From an uncultured Candidatus Binatia bacterium (GTDB lineage: Bacteria; Desulfobacterota; Binatia; UBA9968; JAJDTQ01): DNA of 64,000 nt. Below are positions 45,406-55,469 of the stretch, one piece after another. Made by a program: the position numbers and the translations under genes. Position 1 is the first letter of the stretch. Each line of letters begins with the position of its first letter. The notes under the pieces were generated by a model. That model was not told where the DNA came from and ran no database searches. It was given only the letters and a program-made list of their open reading frames with translations. The stretch is from contig OZ251459.1 of NCBI GenBank assembly GCA_965242525.1, positions 2,080,001-2,144,000 on the forward strand. Reading direction: 5' to 3'.

Positions 45406-46686
45406 CTATGGGTGCGGGGCGATCGTCTCCAGCCCGCCCATGTAGGGGCGCAGGGGCTCGGGGATGGCGACGCTGCCGTCTTGCTGCTGGCAGTTCTCCA
45501 GGATCGCCACCACGGTGCGGCCCACGGCCAGGCCGGAGCCATTGAGCGTGTGCGCGAAGAGCGGCCGCTGCCCGGGCCCCGGGCGGTAGCGGATGCCTGC
45601 GCGCCGGGCCTGGAAGTCCGTGCAGTTGGAACACGAACTGATCTCCCGGTAGGCGCTCTGGCCGGGCAGCCAGACTTCGATGTCGCAGGTCCGGGCCGCG
45701 GCGAAGCCCAGGTCCGCGGTGCACAACTCCACCACGCGATAGGGCAGTCCCAGCCGCCGGAGCACGGCCTCGGCGTCGCGGGTGAGGTTCTCCAATTCCT
45801 CGGGCGAGCGCTGCGGTTCGACGATCTTCACCAGCTCCACCTTGTTGAACTGGTGTTGCCGGATGAGGCCGCGCAGGTCCTGGCCGTAGGAGCCCGCTTC
45901 CCTGCGGAAACAGGGCGTGTAGGCGCAGTAGTTCCGGGGCAGGTCGCCCTGGTCGAGGACCTCCTCCCGGTGGATGTTGGTGAGGGGCACCTCCGCGGTG
46001 GGGATGAGGAAGTAGTCGGGGTCCCCGGTGTGGAACATGTCCGCTTCGAACTTCGGGAGCTGTCCGGTTCCGGTCATGGTGTCCCGGTTCACCAGGAACG
46101 GCGGCAGGATCTCCTCGTACCCGTGCTCCCGGGTCTGGAGGTCCAGCATGAACCCGATCAACGCCCGCTCCAGGAGCGCGCCCCGGCCACGGTAGAGGGT
46201 GAAGCGCGAGCCTGCGAGCTTGGCGCCCCGGGCGAAATCGAGGATCCCCAGGTCCTCGCCGATCTGCCAATGGTTCCTGGGAGTGAAGTCGAACGCCGGG
46301 GGTTCGCCCCAGGTCCGCAGCACCGGGTTGTCCGCGGCAGACTCGCCCACGGGGACCCCCGGGTCCGGCAGGTTCGGGAGGTGGAGCATGGACTCGTGGA
46401 ACCGGCGCTCCGCGTCGTTCAGGGGCTGCTCCAGCGCGTCGAGCTCCGCGCTGACGGCGCCGATGCGCTCCATCAGGGACGCGGCGTCGGCGCCGGACTT
46501 CCTGAGGCGACCGATCTCGCCGGAGAGTTTGTTCTTCTGCTCTTTCAGCCTCTCCCAGCGGGCGAGGGTCTCCCGCCGTCCGCGGTCCAGGGCGAGGAGC
46601 GCGTCCCAGTCCACGGGCGTCCGCCGCGCGGCCATGCGCTCCCTGACCATCTCGGGCTGCTCGCGCAAGATCCTGATGTCGATCAT
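45406..46686 (-). CDS. serS: Serine--tRNA ligase
   Basis: [46 protein letters not shown]. Confidence 0.97.
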   Translation of the reverse strand: MIDIRILREQPEMVRERMAARRTPVDWDALLALDRGRRETLARWERLKEQKNKLSGEIGRLRKSGADAASLMERIGAVSAELDALEQPLNDAERRFHESMLHLPNLPDPGVPVGESAADNPVLRTWGEPPAFDFTPRNHWQIGEDLGILDFARGAKLAGSRFTLYRGRGALLERALIGFMLDLQTREHGYEEILPPFLVNRDTMTGTGQLPKFEADMFHTGDPDYFLIPTAEVPLTNIHREEVLDQGDLPRNYCAYTPCFRREAGSYGQDLRGLIRQHQFNKVELVKIVEPQRSPEELENLTRDAEAVLRRLGLPYRVVELCTADLGFAAARTCDIEVWLPGQSAYREISSCSNCTDFQARRAGIRYRPGPGQRPLFAHTLNGSGLAVGRTVVAILENCQQQDGSVAIPEPLRPYMGGLETIAPHP

Positions 46687-46717
46687 CCGTGGTTCCTTAC
46701 GGTGGCCGCCGGCCCCT

Positions 46718-47089
46718 CTATGGCTCGGAACAGTCGAACGCGCTGCGGACGTGCTCGACTACCGGAGGCTCGGTCCGCAGCGAGATGCCGATGACGTCGA
46801 ACCGGACGTCCCGGTCGTGCAGTCCGTGTTGACTGAGGAAACAGAGGGCGGCGCGCTTCAACCTGCGCTGCTTGGCGGGACCCACGGACTCCAGCGGCGC
46901 GCCCGCGGTGTGCACCCTGCGGGTCTTCACCTCCACGAAGACCACCACGCGCCCGCTGAGGGCCACCAGGTCGATCTCGCCCCAGGGACACCGGTAGTTG
47001 CGTTCGACGATGGCGAAGCCGTGCCGCTTGAGGTAGCCCTCGGCGAGTTCCTCTCCGGCCTTGCCCAGGGATTTCCGCTCATGGCCCAT
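46718..47089 (-). CDS. yraN: YraN (UPF0102) family protein
   Basis: [28 protein letters not shown]. Confidence 0.9.
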   Translation of the reverse strand: MGHERKSLGKAGEELAEGYLKRHGFAIVERNYRCPWGEIDLVALSGRVVVFVEVKTRRVHTAGAPLESVGPAKQRRLKRAALCFLSQHGLHDRDVRFDVIGISLRTEPPVVEHVRSAFDCSEP

Positions 47090-47804
47090 CCCTATTTCTG
47101 GCACCAAAGAACGGAACCGGCAAGCCGCGCCCGGGGTCCCGGCAGGACTCCCGCACCGGCCGGAAGCTGCGCCGGTGGATGGGACAGGGGCCGTGCCGCC
47201 GCAGGGCCGCGGCATGGCTGCGGCTTCCGTACCCCTTGTTGCTGGCGAAACCGTACTCGGGATAGAGCGCGTCGAACTCCTCCATCATGCGGTCCCGGGC
47301 CACCTTGGCGAGTATGGACGCCGCGGCGATGGAGAAGCACAGGCTGTCTCCCCGCTTGATGGCCTTCTGCCGCGGCGCCGATGCTGCGCCGTCCTCCACG
47401 AAGCTGGCGGACGGTATGGCGTAAGGCCCGTCGATCATCAGGAAGTCCGGCGCCACCGCCAGGTCCCTGACGGCCCGGGACATGGCCAGCAGGCTCGCCT
47501 GCAGGATGTTGAGCCGGTCGATCTCCCGCGGCTCCGCAAGGCCCACGGCCCAGGAAGACGCCCGGCCCTCGATCCACTCGGCCAGGGTCTCGCGCCGCTT
47601 CCGGCTCAACGCCTTGGAGTCCTTCACGTCCGGGTGGAAGACCCCCCGCTCGAACACCACCGCCCCGGCCACCACCGGACCCGCCAACGGCCCCCGCCCG
47701 GCCTCGTCCACCCCCGCGATGCGCCGGAACCCGCGCGCGTACGCGTCCCGGGCATAGGCGTCCACGTCATGGCCGATCCCCCAGGGCTCCACGGGTCCGG
47801 GCAT
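47079..47804 (-). CDS. rnhB: Ribonuclease HII (start uncertain, alternative 47867)
   Basis: GVDEAGRGPLAGPV, DSK, IAAASILAKV, NKGY, HRRSF. Confidence 0.95.
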   Translation of the reverse strand: MPGPVEPWGIGHDVDAYARDAYARGFRRIAGVDEAGRGPLAGPVVAGAVVFERGVFHPDVKDSKALSRKRRETLAEWIEGRASSWAVGLAEPREIDRLNILQASLLAMSRAVRDLAVAPDFLMIDGPYAIPSASFVEDGAASAPRQKAIKRGDSLCFSIAAASILAKVARDRMMEEFDALYPEYGFASNKGYGSRSHAAALRRHGPCPIHRRSFRPVRESCRDPGRGLPVPFFGARNRDGP

Positions 47805-47892
47805 GGGCAGGAGGCCGTTCCGGGACGGCTCGGGGGACGACTCGCGCACGGTTGGTTTGCGGCCCATTCGAGGCGTATGGTAAGGAATCCGC

Positions 47893-48180
47893 GTGAAAAT
47901 CACCAGCGAAGAGGCGCGGCGCCTGGCCATGCTCGCGCGTCTGGACCTCTCGGAAGACGACCTGCAAACGCTCACCGGCCAACTCGACTCCATACTCGGC
48001 TACATGGACAAGCTCAACGAGTTGGACACGGACGGGGTGGAACCCATGTCCCACGCGGTGGACGTGGTCAACGCCATGCGCCCGGACCGGGCGGTGAACC
48101 GGCCGCGTACGGAAGAGTTGCTGGGCAACGCCCCGGACCGGGAACACGACTTCATCCGGGTCCCGAAAATCATTGAATGA
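47893..48180 (+). CDS. gatC: Asp/Glu-tRNA amidotransferase subunit C
   Basis: [24 protein letters not shown]; overlaps gatA. Confidence 0.95.
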   Translation: MKITSEEARRLAMLARLDLSEDDLQTLTGQLDSILGYMDKLNELDTDGVEPMSHAVDVVNAMRPDRAVNRPRTEELLGNAPDREHDFIRVPKIIE

Positions 48181-49634
48181 AGGTCCACGACCTCACCATC
48201 CGCGAGCTGCACGACAGGCTGCTCCGCGGGGACCTCACCTCCACGGAGTTGACGCAAGCGCTGTTCGACCGGATCGAGGACGCGGACGGGAAGATCGGCG
48301 CCTACCTCACGGTCTGCCGGGACCGGGGCATGGCGGAGGCCCGGGCCGCGGACGCGAGGCTTGCCGACGGCGACGCTTCGTCGAAACTCCTGGGGATTCC
48401 CTTCGCCCTCAAGGACGTGCTGCTCACCGACGGCGTGCCCACCACCTGCGCGTCCCGGATGCTGCAAGGCTTCACGCCGCCCTTCGACGCCACCGCGGTC
48501 CGACGCCTCAAGGAGGCGGGGGCGGTGCTGCTGGGCAAGACCAACATGGACGAGTTCGCCATGGGCTCCTCCACCGAGAACTCCGGCTTCTCCGTTACCC
48601 GCAACCCCTGGAACCCGGACCGCGTGCCGGGCGGCTCCTCGGGCGGGTCCGCGGCCGCGGTGGCCGCGGGCCAATGCGCCGCCGCCCTGGGCACGGACAC
48701 CGGGGGGTCCATCCGCCAACCCGCGGCCTTCTGCGGCGTCGTGGGGCTCAAGCCCACCTATGGGCGGGTGAGCCGGTTCGGGGTGGTGGCCTACGCCTCG
48801 TCCCTGGACCAGGTGGGTCCCATCACCCGTGACGTCTCCGATTGCGCACTGGCGCTCCGGGCCATCGCCGGCCATGACCCTGCCGACTCCACCTCGGTGG
48901 ACGCTCCCGTACCCGACTACGCCGCGGAGCTGTCCCGCGGCGCGTCCGGCCTGCGCGTGGGCGTTCCCAGGGAGTACTTCGTGGCGGGGATGCAACCCGA
49001 AGTGGAGCAGGCGGTGCGGCAGGGCGTGCGCGAACTCGAAAAGGCCGGGGCCCAGGCGGTGGAAGTCTCGCTGCCGCGAACCGGGTATGCGGTGGCCGCC
49101 TACTACGTCATCGCCACCGCGGAGGCCAGCTCGAACCTCGCCCGCTACGACGGCATGAGGTACGGCCCCCGGGCCCAGGCCGAAGACCTGACCTCCACCT
49201 ACACCAAGAGCCGCTCCCAGGGGTTCGGACCCGAAGTGAAACGGCGGATCATGCTCGGCGCCTACGTCCTCTCCGCGGGTTACTACGACGCCTACTACCT
49301 CAAGGCGCAAAAGGCGCGGACCCTGGTCCGGCAGGACTTCGAGGCGGTCCTGCGCCAGTGCGACGCCATCGTCGCCCCCACCACCCCCACCACAGCCTTC
49401 CGCATCCGGGAGATGACCGAAGACCCGCTACGGATGTACCTCTCCGACATCTTCACGGTCCCGGCCAACCTCGCAGGCCTGCCCGCCCTGTCCCTGCCCT
49501 GCGGCTTCGACCGCGCCGGACTCCCCATCGGCATGCAGGTCATCGGCCGCCCCTTCGACGAGTCCACGGTCCTGCGCCTGGGCCACGCCTTCGAGCAAGC
49601 CACGGACTGGCACAGGCGGAGGCCCGGGATTTAG
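48177..49634 (+). CDS. gatA: Asp/Glu-tRNA amidotransferase subunit A
   Basis: [48 protein letters not shown]. Confidence 0.97.
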   Translation: MKVHDLTIRELHDRLLRGDLTSTELTQALFDRIEDADGKIGAYLTVCRDRGMAEARAADARLADGDASSKLLGIPFALKDVLLTDGVPTTCASRMLQGFTPPFDATAVRRLKEAGAVLLGKTNMDEFAMGSSTENSGFSVTRNPWNPDRVPGGSSGGSAAAVAAGQCAAALGTDTGGSIRQPAAFCGVVGLKPTYGRVSRFGVVAYASSLDQVGPITRDVSDCALALRAIAGHDPADSTSVDAPVPDYAAELSRGASGLRVGVPREYFVAGMQPEVEQAVRQGVRELEKAGAQAVEVSLPRTGYAVAAYYVIATAEASSNLARYDGMRYGPRAQAEDLTSTYTKSRSQGFGPEVKRRIMLGAYVLSAGYYDAYYLKAQKARTLVRQDFEAVLRQCDAIVAPTTPTTAFRIREMTEDPLRMYLSDIFTVPANLAGLPALSLPCGFDRAGLPIGMQVIGRPFDESTVLRLGHAFEQATDWHRRRPGI

Positions 49635-49670
49635 GAGAGCCGAAATACGGATGGTACGGTCCCCAAAGCC

Positions 49671-49712
49671 TTGACAAGTCCTGGACTCTAAACTAGACTT
49701 AGCTAGACTTAG
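49671..49712 (+). promoter_or_regulatory. Sigma70 promoter with overlapping direct-repeat operator for TA operon
   Basis: TTGACA(49671)-17 nt-TAGACT(49694); CTAGACTTAG twice at 49693-49712. Confidence 0.75.
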
Positions 49713-49728
49713 TTGAGGTGAGACGCCT

Positions 49729-49980
49729 ATGAAAGTGAACATGCACCACGCCAAGTCCCAGCTTTCGAAGCTGGGCAAACTCGCATGGCAGGGTGAAGAT
49801 ATCGTGATTGCCAAGGCCGGCGAGCCGTACTTGCGGCTGACGCCCTATCGGGAACAGCTAGAGAAACGGAAGATGGGCGGGCTCGAGGGGCAGATCCGGA
49901 TGTCTCCGGAGTTCGACGACGACGATGAAGAACTCATCGGGTTGATCGAGAACTCGAAGATCTTCCCGGACGAGGATTGA
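49729..49980 (+). CDS. Phd/YefM-family antitoxin
   Basis: VNMHHAKSQLSKL..GEDIVIAKAGEP; acidic tail. Confidence 0.9.
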   Translation: MKVNMHHAKSQLSKLGKLAWQGEDIVIAKAGEPYLRLTPYREQLEKRKMGGLEGQIRMSPEFDDDDEELIGLIENSKIFPDED

Positions 49981-50363
49981 CCGTGCAGCGCCTGCTGCTG
50001 GACACCCATGTATTGGTGTGGTGGCTGTCCGCGGTTTCGAGGCTGACCGAAGGCGCCCGCGCCGCCATCTCAGACCCGGAAAACGACGTCTTCGTCAGCG
50101 CCATCACCGCGTGGGAGATCTCGGTCAAGCGGGCAAAGGGACAAATGACCGTCCCTGACAACCTGTCGGCAATCATCGAAGAAAGGGGGTTCATTCACCT
50201 TCCCCTGACCTTCCACCACGCAGAGCAGGCGGGCGTTCTCCCCATGCATCACCGGGACCCGTTCGACCGATTCCTCATCGCCCAAGCCCAGGCCGAGGGG
50301 CTCATCCTCATCACAAGGGACAGGCGCATCCCGCTCTACGGCATCCGCACGATGGCGGCTTAG
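49977..50363 (+). CDS. vapC: VapC/PIN-domain toxin
   Basis: LLDTH, SAITAWEI, HRDPFDRFLIAQA, TRD. Confidence 0.92.
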   Translation: MTVQRLLLDTHVLVWWLSAVSRLTEGARAAISDPENDVFVSAITAWEISVKRAKGQMTVPDNLSAIIEERGFIHLPLTFHHAEQAGVLPMHHRDPFDRFLIAQAQAEGLILITRDRRIPLYGIRTMAA

Positions 50364-50449
50364 GGCAGCCGTACCGAGCCCATCGTCGAGCGCGTGAAAC
50401 GTGAGGGACGGCCGGAGTTACCGGAGTGACATTGCGCCAGCGTCGGGAT

Positions 50450-50692
50450 TCACAGGTTCCAGGCATCCTCTTGCAGGATTTCACGAAGCTGTTCGGGTGA
50501 GACCCGCATCGGCTGTTCGCAAAACAACCTGTAAGCCGCTTCCCGCCGGTCGAGTGCTGGCGCTTTCGACGTCAGGTAATGCTCCAGGGCGTCCTGGATC
50601 AGTTCGCTGAATGGCCGGCCCTCATCCGCGGCCTGACGCCTTGCGCGCCGCAGGAGGTCGGCTTCGACGACGGTTCCGATCTTCTGTTTCAT
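50450..50692 (-). CDS. Ribbon-helix-helix/antitoxin-like small protein (orphan)
   Basis: KIGTVV..LLRRARRQAADEGRPFSELIQDALEHYL; GGAGG RBS. Confidence 0.7.
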   Translation of the reverse strand: MKQKIGTVVEADLLRRARRQAADEGRPFSELIQDALEHYLTSKAPALDRREAAYRLFCEQPMRVSPEQLREILQEDAWNL

Positions 50693-50709
50693 GCAGGGAA
50701 CCTCCGATC

Positions 50710-51149
50710 AATTCCGGCTCGATGCGCTTCTCCCTATGAAAAGCGCGTCCTTCGACTTCGCTTCGCTACGCTCAGGACGAACGGGGCAATTGTTCAGAGT
50801 TTCCGCAGGTCTCTCCATCGGGTTGCGCCAGATTCGTGTCCTTATCGCACAGCGTTCACCGTAACGACAAATGGATCTTCCGGCTTTTGAATGGGCAAGG
50901 TTTCACGGCCTGCACGAAAGCCCGAAGAGTCCGTAAGGGAAACCCTGGACAACCATCCCCCGTTCGCCCCGATCCCGGCAAAATTCTCCGTTCGTCCTGA
51001 GCGTAGCGAAGCGAAGTCGAAGGACGCGCTTTCCCATAGGGAGATGCGCCTCAAGCCAGGATTGACCAGAGGTTCCCACCTCGTCATTCCCTCTCATCCC
51101 GTCATTCCGGAGAAAGCCCACCCCGTCATTCCCGCGAAAGCGGGAATCC
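50710..51149. repeat. REP mosaic, left flank of RM gene
   Basis: Inverted REP B pair (50745, 50988) plus tandem GTCATTCC units and REP A at 51125. Confidence 0.85.
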
Positions 51150-54100
51150 ACTTTCCAGTAGAATCGCGGCGATACGCCTTGCGGTATCGGTGAAGCGCCG
51201 GACTTCCTCCGGGCGCAACGGGCGGTCGAGGATGTCGCGTTCGCGGTAGGAAAGCCATTTCTTGAGGACCTGGTAGCCGCCGAGCTTGTAATTCCAGACC
51301 GCGGCTGAGACGTTGCGCCAGAAGGCGCGATCGTTCAGGTACACGTCGAAGGTGGTCCTGCCGAGGGCGGGGAGCGCGGCGTTCAGGGCGGTGCGTTCAT
51401 CCGGGGCGAAGGCACGTTCGACGATCCGGCCCTGGCCGGGCATGACCGCGCCGCCGGTTCCGTAGTGGCCCCATCCCTCGGTGAGGGCGAAGTCGTCGCC
51501 GGTCATGTTGCGTCCGTCCGTGGTGGCGGGAACGGCGACGGCGGCTATCTCCGGGCGCAACGCGCCCGTGGTGACGCCGGGGACCGTCGTATCGGGATCG
51601 AGCAGGGCCGCGAGTTGGCGGCCCCGGGCGGCCGATCGGGCGAGGGCGTCCGCCGCTTCGGTGGTCTCCTTGTCCGGGGATGCGAAACCTCCTTCGGATG
51701 CGGGCGGGACGCCCGCGTTCCCGGGAAAGGCGCTTTCCATGGCTGGCTCATGGCCTTCATAACCGGGGGATCCCCCCTGGGAGCGCGGGCGTCCCGCCCG
51801 CAGGGGTCGGGGCAAGGCAGGGCGGGCCGAAGCCGGGGATACCCCTGCGGTCCCGGGATCGGGCCAGCCGGGAAGCGGGATGCGCGGCCACTCCATGCGG
51901 AGCGCGCCGGCGTTGGCTTCCCGGTAAGCAGGATCGTGCAGGGTTGCGAGGATGTGGTGGAACAGGTCCTCGACTCCGAGGCCGAGGCGTTCGAGATAGC
52001 GTTGCGCCGCGCCTGAGAAGTTGGGGCGGCGGCCCGTGTCTTCGTTGTCGTCGCGAAGCCATGCGGGGAACATATTAGTCCCTCGCTCGATCAAGTGGCG
52101 TGAAGCAATATATCGCGTGAAACACGCTTGCGGTTCCTCTGCGCCACGCCGCAGATGCTGTGCAGAAGAGAGCCACAAATTTTCTTGGGAAATGTGGGGC
52201 GGATAGTGAGGGCTCTTCTCGCGAAGCAGCTTCGTTTCCGCCTCCCAGTACAGATACCGATTGTCAAACGGGCGGTAGGCATGGCGAACGAAGCCGTCTT
52301 CGTTCGGGCCGCCTCGTGATAGCAATGCGTCTCGCACTCCTCGCGCATCGAACCGTCCGGTATCCTTCATGACGCTTGGATAGCGCCGGGCGATCTCCTC
52401 ATGGCTCAGGGCCGGGTTGAAGTAGTCGCCAACGCGCACCTTCAACCGATCCAGGTCGGTATCAATGAGAAATGCGTCACGACCGGTCTCAGACCCTTGA
52501 AAGGACACCGGGAACAGATCAGGCAACGCCGGCCAGTCGAACCAATCCTCGCTCACCGCCGTTTGCACGAACGGCAGGCCCAGCGGCAGGAGCGGCGACA
52601 CCTCGGCATACACCGCGCCCGGCTCCGCTTCCGCGGTTTCCAGCAACTCCTCCCGCTTCCCCTGACCCCACAGATGGCGGAAACCCACCGCTTCCGCCGG
52701 CGCATGGTCCGCCTTGCGCACCAGCGTCGCTATCGCCGTCCCCACCTGTATGCCCACCGGGTCCCCTTCCGTCGAAAAGATGCTCGGGTCCGGCGTCCCG
52801 TCCGGCGCTACCTTCCCGGTCTTGTACTTGTCACCGTTCAGGCAGTCGATGCGCACCGCGTCGAAGGCTTCCAGGTAGCGTTCCCGCATCCCCGTGAACG
52901 ACAGGCCGTCGAGCCACGAGTAGTTGGAGATGAAGCACACCACGCCCCGGCCGGTCTTCTCCGCAATGCGTCGTTCCGCCATGCGGAAGAAGCGCACGTA
53001 CAGGTCGTTCAACCCCTGTCCATCCGGTCGCCGTACCCGCTTCGTCCTTCGGTAGGACTCCGACAGTTCCCGCTCCTCGTCCACTGCCATGCCGGCAAAG
53101 CCGTTGTAGGGCGGGTTGCCCAGAATCACCAGGATGGGCGTCTCCTGTTTCACCCGCTCCGCACGGTCGCGTTCTTCCTCCAGCTCGGGAAACGGCAAGG
53201 GCTTGATAGTGTGCGGCTCCCACCCGGTCAGTGCGTTGGTGAGGAAGACGCCGGGCCGTTCCGCGCCGTCGTCCTTCAGCGGCGCGTCCAGGTCCTGCAT
53301 GGTCAGCCCGACTTGCAGGTGAGCCACCACGAAGGGCGCGGGCATGATCTCGAAGCCGAACACCCGCTCGGTGGCCGCCTGCTTCACCCGCGCCCCGGAC
53401 AGCGCACCCAATCCCTGCCCTTCCAGGTTGGCGGCGATACGGCGCAAGACCTCCGCCAGATACGCCCCGGTGCCGCAGCACGGGTCCAGCACATAGACGT
53501 TCTCCGCAGCCAGCCCCTCCGGGATGTCCAGATCGTCCTTCAGGGCCCGGTCCACCCGCGCCACCATGTAGCGCACCACTTCCGAAGGGGTGTACCAGAC
53601 GCCCAGTTGCTTGCGCAGGTCGGGGTCGAAGGCTTCGAGGAAGGGTTCGTAGAAGTAGGGCACGGCCTCGCCTTCGTCGAAGCGGGAGAAGAAGGCGGCG
53701 TGGTCCACCCGATCCAGTGCTGCTGCGGTCCAGTCCAGGACTTCGACGAGACCCAGCGGTTGCAGGCGGCCGGGGTCGGATAGTTGCTGGAACAACGCTC
53801 GGAGCACCGGCGCGCGCAGGTGCCAGACCGCGGTGCGCCAGTCGAAGGAAGCGGGCGGGACGCCCGCGTTCCCAGAGGGGACGTTGGCAGGGACGTTCGG
53901 AGTGCCGGCCCTTGCCCACAGCACCCAGGCCGAGAAGACGCCGTAGAACAGCGTCTGCACCAGAGTCGAACGGAAGAAGCGCGCGCCTTTCTCCCCCTCG
54001 AAGCGCACTCCCAGGGCCTCTTCCAGCGCCTTGCGCACCAACTCCAACGACAGCGCGTCGCCCGCGGCCTCCACACGGGCCAAGCCATCCCGGGCATAGG

Positions 54101-54695
54101 AGGCCAGCAGCCACGCCAAGTCCTTGGGTTCGGCCAACGCAGCCCGGTGCGACAGCGCCCGGCACAGGTATTCGCCCAAGCCCGCGCCGACTTCCCGGGC
54201 AAAGGCGCGGGGCTTCTCCAGCTTGCGCCGGAAGTCGTCTGCGCTGTTCGCCAGCCGGAAGGTTTCGAACTTCGCAGCACGGCCCGCGGTGTCTTCGCCC
54301 ACCAGCACGAAGTCGCGAGTGTTGGTCACCAGCACCAGCCGGTAGCGGTCCCGATAGCGGCTTACCTGATCGCCTGCCGCGGTGAGCCAGGCGTCGTCGT
54401 CCGCGGTCTTCACTTCCACTACGCCGCGCTCCGGCGTCTGGCCTTCGCGCGGTTGGCCCCTCTGGACCTGCTTTGCCGCGTAGAGGCCGAAGTCGGGATG
54501 GCCCGCGCCCTGGTCGGCAAGCTCCTGGACGCAGAACACCCTGGGTTTGAGGGCTGTGCCCGCGGCGTTCAGCAGGTTCGCCAGCGGTCCGTAGCTCGAC
54601 CGCTCCCCGGTGGCGCCGCCCGAGGCATGCACCCGCCCCAGGTCGGCAAGGTATGTCTCTACCGCCGCGGTGATGTTCGCGTTCGCTGCCGCCAT
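51126..54695 (-). CDS. Single-chain restriction-modification enzyme (type IIG / helicase-less type ISP-like)
   Basis: N-terminal PDF..VVEVK nuclease motif; GVWYTP, VLDPCCGTG, GNPPY, DLYVRF; C-terminal YRPFD and YKLGGYQVLKKWLSYR. Confidence 0.9.
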   Translation of the reverse strand: MAAANANITAAVETYLADLGRVHASGGATGERSSYGPLANLLNAAGTALKPRVFCVQELADQGAGHPDFGLYAAKQVQRGQPREGQTPERGVVEVKTADDDAWLTAAGDQVSRYRDRYRLVLVTNTRDFVLVGEDTAGRAAKFETFRLANSADDFRRKLEKPRAFAREVGAGLGEYLCRALSHRAALAEPKDLAWLLASYARDGLARVEAAGDALSLELVRKALEEALGVRFEGEKGARFFRSTLVQTLFYGVFSAWVLWARAGTPNVPANVPSGNAGVPPASFDWRTAVWHLRAPVLRALFQQLSDPGRLQPLGLVEVLDWTAAALDRVDHAAFFSRFDEGEAVPYFYEPFLEAFDPDLRKQLGVWYTPSEVVRYMVARVDRALKDDLDIPEGLAAENVYVLDPCCGTGAYLAEVLRRIAANLEGQGLGALSGARVKQAATERVFGFEIMPAPFVVAHLQVGLTMQDLDAPLKDDGAERPGVFLTNALTGWEPHTIKPLPFPELEEERDRAERVKQETPILVILGNPPYNGFAGMAVDEERELSESYRRTKRVRRPDGQGLNDLYVRFFRMAERRIAEKTGRGVVCFISNYSWLDGLSFTGMRERYLEAFDAVRIDCLNGDKYKTGKVAPDGTPDPSIFSTEGDPVGIQVGTAIATLVRKADHAPAEAVGFRHLWGQGKREELLETAEAEPGAVYAEVSPLLPLGLPFVQTAVSEDWFDWPALPDLFPVSFQGSETGRDAFLIDTDLDRLKVRVGDYFNPALSHEEIARRYPSVMKDTGRFDARGVRDALLSRGGPNEDGFVRHAYRPFDNRYLYWEAETKLLREKSPHYPPHISQENLWLSSAQHLRRGAEEPQACFTRYIASRHLIERGTNMFPAWLRDDNEDTGRRPNFSGAAQRYLERLGLGVEDLFHHILATLHDPAYREANAGALRMEWPRIPLPGWPDPGTAGVSPASARPALPRPLRAGRPRSQGGSPGYEGHEPAMESAFPGNAGVPPASEGGFASPDKETTEAADALARSAARGRQLAALLDPDTTVPGVTTGALRPEIAAVAVPATTDGRNMTGDDFALTEGWGHYGTGGAVMPGQGRIVERAFAPDERTALNAALPALGRTTFDVYLNDRAFWRNVSAAVWNYKLGGYQVLKKWLSYRERDILDRPLRPEEVRRFTDTARRIAAILLESGFPLSRE
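51695..51860. repeat. REP family C palindromes inside RM coding sequence
   Basis: GCGGGCGGGACGCCCGCGTTCCC at ~51700, inverted copy at ~51780, degenerate copy at ~51833; another at ~53851. Confidence 0.8.
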
Positions 54696-54781
54696 TGTGT
54701 CCTTTGTTGCCGAGCGCGCCCTGACATGCAAGCACTGCACATGCCCGCGCCCTCATCCGAACCCTCTTCCAGAGGGAGAGC

Positions 54782-55452
54782 GCGTCCTTCGACTTCGCTT
54801 CGCTACGCTCAGGACGAACGGAGGGTGGAATCCCATTGCTCTCTCTTGCCCTTCACTGGAATCAACGGAGGTGACCACGTGTAAGACATGTTGGCGCTTC
54901 AGGAATTCGTGTGGGTTGCGACACTCCCCATGCCGTCATTCCCGCGAAAGCCTCGCCTCGTCATTCCCGCGAAAGCGGGAATCCAGACCCTGCGGGCAAA
55001 CCCTGTGGGCGCCCTGTATGAGAGGCTTGTACAACGAGAGCGAGGGAACCGGATGGATTCCCGCTTTCGCGGGAATGACGGGGTTCAGTTCGCGGAGCGG
55101 GCGTCTTCGAGATTCCAGGGGAATGACGTGAATGGGCGGCTGCGGGAATGACGGGGTTCAGTTCGCGGAGCGGGCGTCTTCAAGATTCCGGGGGAATGAC
55201 GTGAGTGGGCGGCTGCGGGAATGACGAGGGGTGGGCGTCTGGGGAATGACGTGGCAGGCTTCTGCGGAGCAATGACGGCGTGATCCCTTTCGCTCCCCTT
55301 TCCCTCCTACGGAAACTCTGAAAAATTACCCCGTTCGTCCTGAGCGTAGCGAAGCGAAGTCGAAGGACGCGCTTTCCCACAGGGAAAGGGAGTTCAAGCC
55401 GGAATTGTTCAGAGTTTCCCTACTCTTACCCGCACGAAAGCCCGAAGAGCCG
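54782..55452. repeat. REP mosaic, right flank of RM gene
   Basis: REP B at 54782 and inverted at 55331; REP A inverted pair 54960/55055; tandem GGGAATGACG units 55070-55280. Confidence 0.88.
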
Positions 55453-55469
55453 CACTCACATGCCCGCGC

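Noticed and set aside
50418-50453. 11-codon GTGA-coupled ORF after the RHH gene as a toxin remnant
   Set aside because: Too short to assign homology.
54930-55280. Repeat-spacer appearance suggesting a CRISPR array
   Set aside because: Repeats are ~10-nt REP halves with irregular, duplicated spacers; no cas genes or leader.
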